Shown here in pieces: positions 27,968 to 32,000 of a DNA stretch of 32,000 nucleotides. A model generated the notes under the pieces. It saw only the letters and a program-made list of their open reading frames with translations, was not told where the DNA came from and searched no databases. The stretch spans positions 1,890,001-1,922,000 of the forward strand of contig NC_007614.1 in the NCBI RefSeq assembly GCF_000196355.1, given 5' to 3'. Source of the DNA: Nitrosospira multiformis ATCC 25196 (lineage in GTDB: Bacteria; Pseudomonadota; Gammaproteobacteria; Burkholderiales; Nitrosomonadaceae). The position numbers and the translations under genes are program-made. Position 1 is the stretch's first letter. Every line of letters starts with the position of its first letter.

Positions 27968-28165
27968 TCAAGTGATTGCTTTGGGCGTAAAACAGCCTGT
28001 CACTACTGCTCGTGCCGCAGTGTTGTAAAACCAGGAGTAAATGTCTTTCGCTGATAGCCTGATCGGCTCATATACTTTTCCCTTGACTGATCTAAACTGG
28101 ATTATGAGAAATGACGGGAGTTGGACAGTATCTCTGATGGAGAGCACTATCGATGCGCTTCCCAT
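27968..28165 (-). pseudogene. Probable relic of a transposase/integrase (rve-type) C-terminus
   Basis: The 65-aa ORF ends ...FRSVKGKVYEPIRLSAKDIYSWFYNTAARAVVTGCFTPKAIT. This follows the IS3-like C-terminal pattern F-x-S-L-K-x-E...(D/E)-x-x-x-x-YN-x-x-R-x-H-x-x-L-G-x-x-(S/T)-P. There is no upstream catalytic core, and it lies in an AT-richer gap. Confidence 0.3.
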
Positions 28166-28217
28166 AAAATCTCGATTGTCCTGAATCCCTAAAAACCGTT
28201 CTTACCGAGAGAAAATC

Positions 28218-29084
28218 ATGAAAACTACTCCTAGCTCTAAAATCCACAGCCTGATTCTGGGGGCAGCCCTGAGTATCGCACCTGGTTTTGTTTCCCCTGT
28301 CTCCGCACAGGAACGTTCATATATCCTCAACTTCTATGACAACAGTCTAACCGATCTCGGGACGCTGGATCTGGGTGGAGGTTCCAGTTACGCCCGTGGC
28401 ATCAATGATACCGGGCAGGTGATGGGGGAGTCCCTTCTTCTAGGCGACCCGAATAATGCGCACGCTTTTATCACCGGTCCCAATGGTGTGGGCATGACCG
28501 ATCTCGGGACGCTAGGGGGAATGTGGAGTACTGCCAACGACATCAATAATGCTGGGCAGGTGGTGGGGAGCGCAGGCACGGCCGCAGGTGAGCGTCACGC
28601 TTTTATCACCGGCCCCAATGGCGAGGGCATGACCGATCTCGGGACGCTGGGGGGAAATTACAGTACCGCCAACGACATCAATAATGCTGGGCAGGTGGTG
28701 GGGTGGTCCACCACGGCCTCAGGTTCCGAGCACGCTTTCATCACTGGTCCTGATGGCGTGGGCATGACAGATCTCGGGACGCTGGGGGGAAATTACAGTA
28801 CCGCCAACGACATCAATAATGCTGGGCAGGTGGTGGGGAACTCCGCCACAGCCGCAGGTGAGGGACACGCTTTTATCACCGGCCCCAATGGCATGGGCAT
28901 GACAGACCTCAATTCGCTGGTTGAGTGGCCAGCCGGAATTGCTCTAGCGAACGCTGTCGACATCAATAACGTGGGACAGGTCCTCGTCAATGCTGCGATC
29001 CCTGAGCCTCAATCCTATGCTTTGATGCTCGCGGGCCTCATGCTGGTCGGATTCATGGTTCGGCGAAAAAGCCTGCCGGCATAA
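28218..29084 (+). CDS. Secreted HAF-repeat protein with PEP-CTERM anchor
   Basis: 288 aa with signal peptide ...GFVSPVSA|QE and five ~45-aa repeats (HAFITGPNGxGMTDLGTLGGxxSTANDINNAGQVVG). The C-terminus is IPEP, a hydrophobic helix, then RRK. Confidence 0.85.
   Translation: MKTTPSSKIHSLILGAALSIAPGFVSPVSAQERSYILNFYDNSLTDLGTLDLGGGSSYARGINDTGQVMGESLLLGDPNNAHAFITGPNGVGMTDLGTLGGMWSTANDINNAGQVVGSAGTAAGERHAFITGPNGEGMTDLGTLGGNYSTANDINNAGQVVGWSTTASGSEHAFITGPDGVGMTDLGTLGGNYSTANDINNAGQVVGNSATAAGEGHAFITGPNGMGMTDLNSLVEWPAGIALANAVDINNVGQVLVNAAIPEPQSYALMLAGLMLVGFMVRRKSLPA
28461..29000 (+). repeat. Four in-frame tandem 135-bp repeats (units start 28461, 28596, 28731, 28866) inside the HAF gene; a degenerate fifth unit lies at 28326-28460
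   Basis: Direct reading shows each unit begins CACGCTTT(T/C)ATCAC. Units 2 and 3 share an identical 69-nt block (gatctcgggacgctggggggaaattacagtaccgccaacgacatcaataatgctgggcaggtggtgggg). Confidence 0.9.
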
Positions 29085-29117
29085 AATACCTGCAAACCCG
29101 ACCCAATCAGTGCATGG

Positions 29118-29144
29118 AAGAGCATGCGCTCTTGTAGTTTTCTT
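29118..29144 (+). terminator. Weak candidate rho-independent terminator after the HAF gene
   Basis: A 6-bp stem AAGAGC/GCTCTT (29118-29123 / 29128-29133) with a 4-nt loop ATGC, followed by the T-rich GTAGTTTTCTT. The stem is short and the T-run is interrupted. Confidence 0.3.
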
Positions 29145-29224
29145 AGGCGTGAAAGGCCGTTCCTGGCACTCCGGGGCAATTCGAGCCTGACTTGTTTGTT
29201 AGCTCAAATCCAAGCTAATACATT

Positions 29225-30118
29225 TCAGAACGTCGGTACTACCAATATATCGCAGCTTGCCTCTTGTATCACGCGCCTTGCTACACCGCCGAGCAGCGTC
29301 TCCTCCTGCTCGGACTGTCCCTGTTTGCCGATGACAACCAGATCAGGGTCAAGCACTTCCATATTTTTCCGGATTACAGTAGATACAGGGCCCAATTCCA
29401 TGATACTGGACAAGGTGGGCTTTGGCCCTCTCAATTCGGAGATAAATTCCTCCATCTCCTTTTTCTTTTGTACCTGAACTTCGCTCTCGTAAACTTTAAT
29501 CAGCTTATTATCTACACCGGCAGACTCCAGCCGGGCTTTGAAGGGCACCTCGACCGCGTGCAGAGCAGTAATATGTGCATGCGGAGCAATGTTCACGGCA
29601 AACTCCGTTGCCTGACCGGAAAATTCCGAGAAATCCACAGGGATCAGCACTTTCCGGTACGCTGCCCGAGGCTCCCGTTTGACGATCAGCACGGGCCGGG
29701 TAAGCTTGCGCAGAACTTTGTCGACAGTAGAGCCAACAAATAGCTCTCGCACCAACCCACCGCCATGAGCTCCAAGTACGACAAGGCCAGCATTCAGGAA
29801 CTCCGCATAACGAACGATCTCGGTATAAGGGCGTCCCACATTCAGTGTCGTGATCGACACCGGGATCCTGTATTTTTCGGAAAGTGTGTGTTCGATTTCC
29901 GTTAATTGCTTACGCGACAGCTCCATCAATCGCTGCTCAGTTTCAAGCGGTGTCTTCGTTAGATGACGTAGCGTTTCAATGGCAAGATTATCTATGACAT
30001 GTATCAAGTCCACAGATTCGCTACCTAATTCATGCGCCAGCAACGCCGCCCGTGCCGCCGCCCAACTCGCAAGCGGGGACATGTCGGTACCGACTACTAT
30101 TCGCTTTATAGGCAACAT
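29225..30118 (-). CDS. Tandem-domain universal stress protein (UspA family)
   Basis: Two Usp domains. Domain 1 has MLPIKRIVVGTDMS and the ATP-type motif GAHGGGLVRELFVGSTVDKVLR. Domain 2 ends GKQGQSEQEETLLGGVARRVIQEASCDILVV. ATG 30118 is preceded by AAGGAA; TTG 30136 is the longer alternative. Confidence 0.85.
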   Translation of the reverse strand: MLPIKRIVVGTDMSPLASWAAARAALLAHELGSESVDLIHVIDNLAIETLRHLTKTPLETEQRLMELSRKQLTEIEHTLSEKYRIPVSITTLNVGRPYTEIVRYAEFLNAGLVVLGAHGGGLVRELFVGSTVDKVLRKLTRPVLIVKREPRAAYRKVLIPVDFSEFSGQATEFAVNIAPHAHITALHAVEVPFKARLESAGVDNKLIKVYESEVQVQKKKEMEEFISELRGPKPTLSSIMELGPVSTVIRKNMEVLDPDLVVIGKQGQSEQEETLLGGVARRVIQEASCDILVVPTF

Positions 30119-30151
30119 AAAGGGGTTTTCCTTCAAAGGTTTCTAAGCATG

Positions 30152-31846
30152 TCAGCTTACATAAAAATTCCGCATCATGCCCAGATCTTCATGCTCCAGA
30201 TTGTGGCAGTGATAGAGAAACAGGCCGGTGTAATCCTCGAACGGTTTGATCACATCAATTTCCTCGTTCGGCATGACCAACACAGTATCTTTCCAGCCGC
30301 TGTTAATGAAACCTTCGCGGACACTGGCATAGCTATCCGTGTCTGCGCCCTTTAATCTACGTGAAATGATCCGGAACTGTTGACCGTGCATATGGATGGG
30401 ATGCGGCAACATCATCATGCCCATGCCGCCCATTCCCCCTCTCATTCCACGACCCCCTCCTCCCATGCCGCCCATTCCATCCCGCCCACCCATCATCGAC
30501 CCATGCTCGTTGGTTATACGGACCTTTCGGATGGTATTGAGCGGGATGCGTTCGATATCCATTGCTTCATGCATTTCGAAAGACGCGCCGTTTAAGAGGG
30601 GCGACATATGCTCCATGGAGGCGGCGATTGGTACAGGCTGATCCGGATTTGCAATATCGCTTTCTGGCAGATTGCGCATCCTGACCAGCCTCTCCGGCAG
30701 CCGGGGAGACTCGCTGACTTTTTCAACAACGCTGAATTTCACAATCGGAAAGTCTTCACCTTGGGCCAGTCTTGCTGTTCCCATGCCCATGCCGCCCCTG
30801 CCTCCCATTCTCCCGCGGCCCATGCCACCGTGCATTCCCATGCCGCCACCCATCCCCATTCCCATTCCCATCTGGGGAAAGTCGTATTCGAGGCTCTGCA
30901 GCGTCAAATCCGTTCCAGGCTTGCGGCCGCTGAAGTCGACCCAAAGCTCGACCCGCTCTGCAGGTGCCAGTATGATATATGGAAAGGTTTCCGGCGCTTC
31001 CAGCAGGCCTCCGTCGGTGCCGATTGCTGTCAGGGGCATGCCGTCTTCCCATCCCAGCTTGTAAATCCTCGAATTCGAGCCGTTGAAAACGCGTATTCGA
31101 TAAGCGCGGCTTTTTACCGGAATAGTAGCGTTTACCTGCCCGTTAACCAGGATGGTATCTCCCAGGAAACCCGTCATCCGCTCATGCATCCCGAAAATGT
31201 ATTGCAACTGATTTCCCGCGGTGAAGCGACGGTCCTGAATGACGAGGGGAAGATCGTACTCGCCATCGGGCAGATTCAATTTTTGCTCCTGCTCATCCGT
31301 AATCGTGATCAATCCGGCCTGGCCGCGATAGACCTGCGGCCCTGTCATTTCATGCGGGTGTGCGTGATACCAGTTTGTGCCGGCCGGGTTCTTTACCTCG
31401 AACTCGTACACGTACCTTTCACCCGGCTCTATCGCATACATGGGATGTCCATCCATCTTCTGCGGCACGTGCATACCATGCCAATGCATGATCGAGGGTT
31501 CAGGCAATTTGTTGTAGTAAAAAATTCGCACTTTTTGCCCATGGGCAAGGTTCATGATTGGCCCCAGATAGCTTGTGCTCTTCAACAAGGCCGTTTCAGG
31601 CCCTCTCAATACCTTCCCATCGTATTTGAAAACGCTCGTACGGGGACCTGGCAGGATTTGAATCTCCGCTATTTGCGCGATGAACTCAATTTCTACATCC
31701 GGCTTGAAGGCAGAGTTGGGTTTCGTATTCAATATACCCGCGCCCGCGCCATGCTGGCTCCATGCCCACCCTGGAAACATAGCCGAGGCTGCACCCGCCA
31801 AGGCATATTGCATGAATTGGCGTCGCTTATAATCTTGATTTTTCAT
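30152..31846 (-). CDS. Tat-exported three-domain multicopper oxidase (CopA/CueO-like) with Gly/Met/Arg-rich inserts
   Basis: Four Cu-ligand motifs are present in order: HWHGMH, WYHAHPH, HPIHMHG and HCHNLEHEDLGMM. The twin-arginine signal is MKNQDYKRRQFMQYALAGAASA. ATG 31846 is preceded by GGAG with 6-nt spacing; the track's GTG at 31882 is probably too long. Confidence 0.9.
   Translation of the reverse strand: MKNQDYKRRQFMQYALAGAASAMFPGWAWSQHGAGAGILNTKPNSAFKPDVEIEFIAQIAEIQILPGPRTSVFKYDGKVLRGPETALLKSTSYLGPIMNLAHGQKVRIFYYNKLPEPSIMHWHGMHVPQKMDGHPMYAIEPGERYVYEFEVKNPAGTNWYHAHPHEMTGPQVYRGQAGLITITDEQEQKLNLPDGEYDLPLVIQDRRFTAGNQLQYIFGMHERMTGFLGDTILVNGQVNATIPVKSRAYRIRVFNGSNSRIYKLGWEDGMPLTAIGTDGGLLEAPETFPYIILAPAERVELWVDFSGRKPGTDLTLQSLEYDFPQMGMGMGMGGGMGMHGGMGRGRMGGRGGMGMGTARLAQGEDFPIVKFSVVEKVSESPRLPERLVRMRNLPESDIANPDQPVPIAASMEHMSPLLNGASFEMHEAMDIERIPLNTIRKVRITNEHGSMMGGRDGMGGMGGGGRGMRGGMGGMGMMMLPHPIHMHGQQFRIISRRLKGADTDSYASVREGFINSGWKDTVLVMPNEEIDVIKPFEDYTGLFLYHCHNLEHEDLGMMRNFYVS
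30410..30499 (-). repeat. Low-complexity Gly/Met/Arg coding tract 2 of the oxidase (SMMGGRDGMGGMGGGGRGMRGGMGGMGMMM)
   Basis: Read directly. It lies immediately N-terminal to the HPIHMHG copper motif. On the + strand it appears as cat/ccc/gcc repeats. Confidence 0.9.
30779..30871 (-). repeat. Low-complexity Gly/Met/Arg coding tract 1 of the oxidase (MGMGMGMGGGMGMHGGMGRGRMGGRGGMGMG)
   Basis: Read directly, residues 338-368 of the track ORF. It produces spurious Pro-rich ORFs on the opposite strand. Confidence 0.9.
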
Positions 31847-32000
31847 GATTTTCTCCGTTTTTTTCCATGGGACTGGGGACACAAGATTAGTTCCGAGGTG
31901 ATGGCCCTATTCTTCCCGCAGGCAAAGAATAAAAAGACCTTTTTAAGTCGATATTCTGCGGCCGCCCCTGTTATTTTTGGTGCATATGGGAGTGGAAATG

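Noticed and set aside
28326-29000. Regularly spaced 135-bp repeats considered as a possible CRISPR array
   Set aside because: The period is far too long for a CRISPR array, there are no unique spacers, and the repeats are in frame within a signal-peptide/PEP-CTERM protein.
30380-31064. Pro/Met-rich + strand ORFs (PPIPPLIPRPPPPMPP...; PMPMPPLPPILPRPMPP...)
   Set aside because: They are the reverse-complement reading of the Gly/Met/Arg tracts of the multicopper oxidase and are not independent genes.

Overview
The window looks like chromosomal DNA from a mid-GC Gram-negative bacterium. The gene content suggests a soil betaproteobacterium, possibly a Nitrosospira-like nitrifier, but this is inference only. 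Layout: (1) 1-1790 (+): the 3' part of an RND/MMPL (HpnN-like) exporter, cut by the window edge. (2) 9296->1997 (-): a complete nine-gene N-type ATPase operon, atpD-C-Q-R-B-E-F-A-G, with no separate delta gene. (3) 9297-9976: a 680-bp gene-poor gap. (4) 9977-12781 (+): a beta-CASP metallo-beta-lactamase nuclease and a GAF/HD-GYP c-di-GMP phosphodiesterase. (5) 13066-27788 (+): an unbroken co-directional block, hypC-A-B-D-F-E, hoxF-U-Y-H, a PEP-CTERM secreted-protein gene, hoxW, then a Pat-type protein acetyltransferase. This encodes a group-3d-like NAD-coupled soluble [NiFe]-hydrogenase with its full maturation set. (6) 27789-29084: an AT-richer gap with a probable transposase relic, then a HAF-repeat PEP-CTERM protein built from near-identical 135-bp repeats. 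(7) 31846->29225 (-): a Tat-exported multicopper oxidase with two Gly/Met/Arg low-complexity inserts, followed by a tandem-domain universal stress protein. I found no rRNA, tRNA, CRISPR array or intact mobile element. I also see no defence-island-style novel multi-gene system. The least explained items are the PEP-CTERM gene between hoxH and hoxW (which leaves hoxW without a clean start), the 20-nt overlap of hoxW with pat, the non-standard subunits of the N-ATPase, and the oxidase inserts. All family calls come from motifs read by eye; no searches were run.
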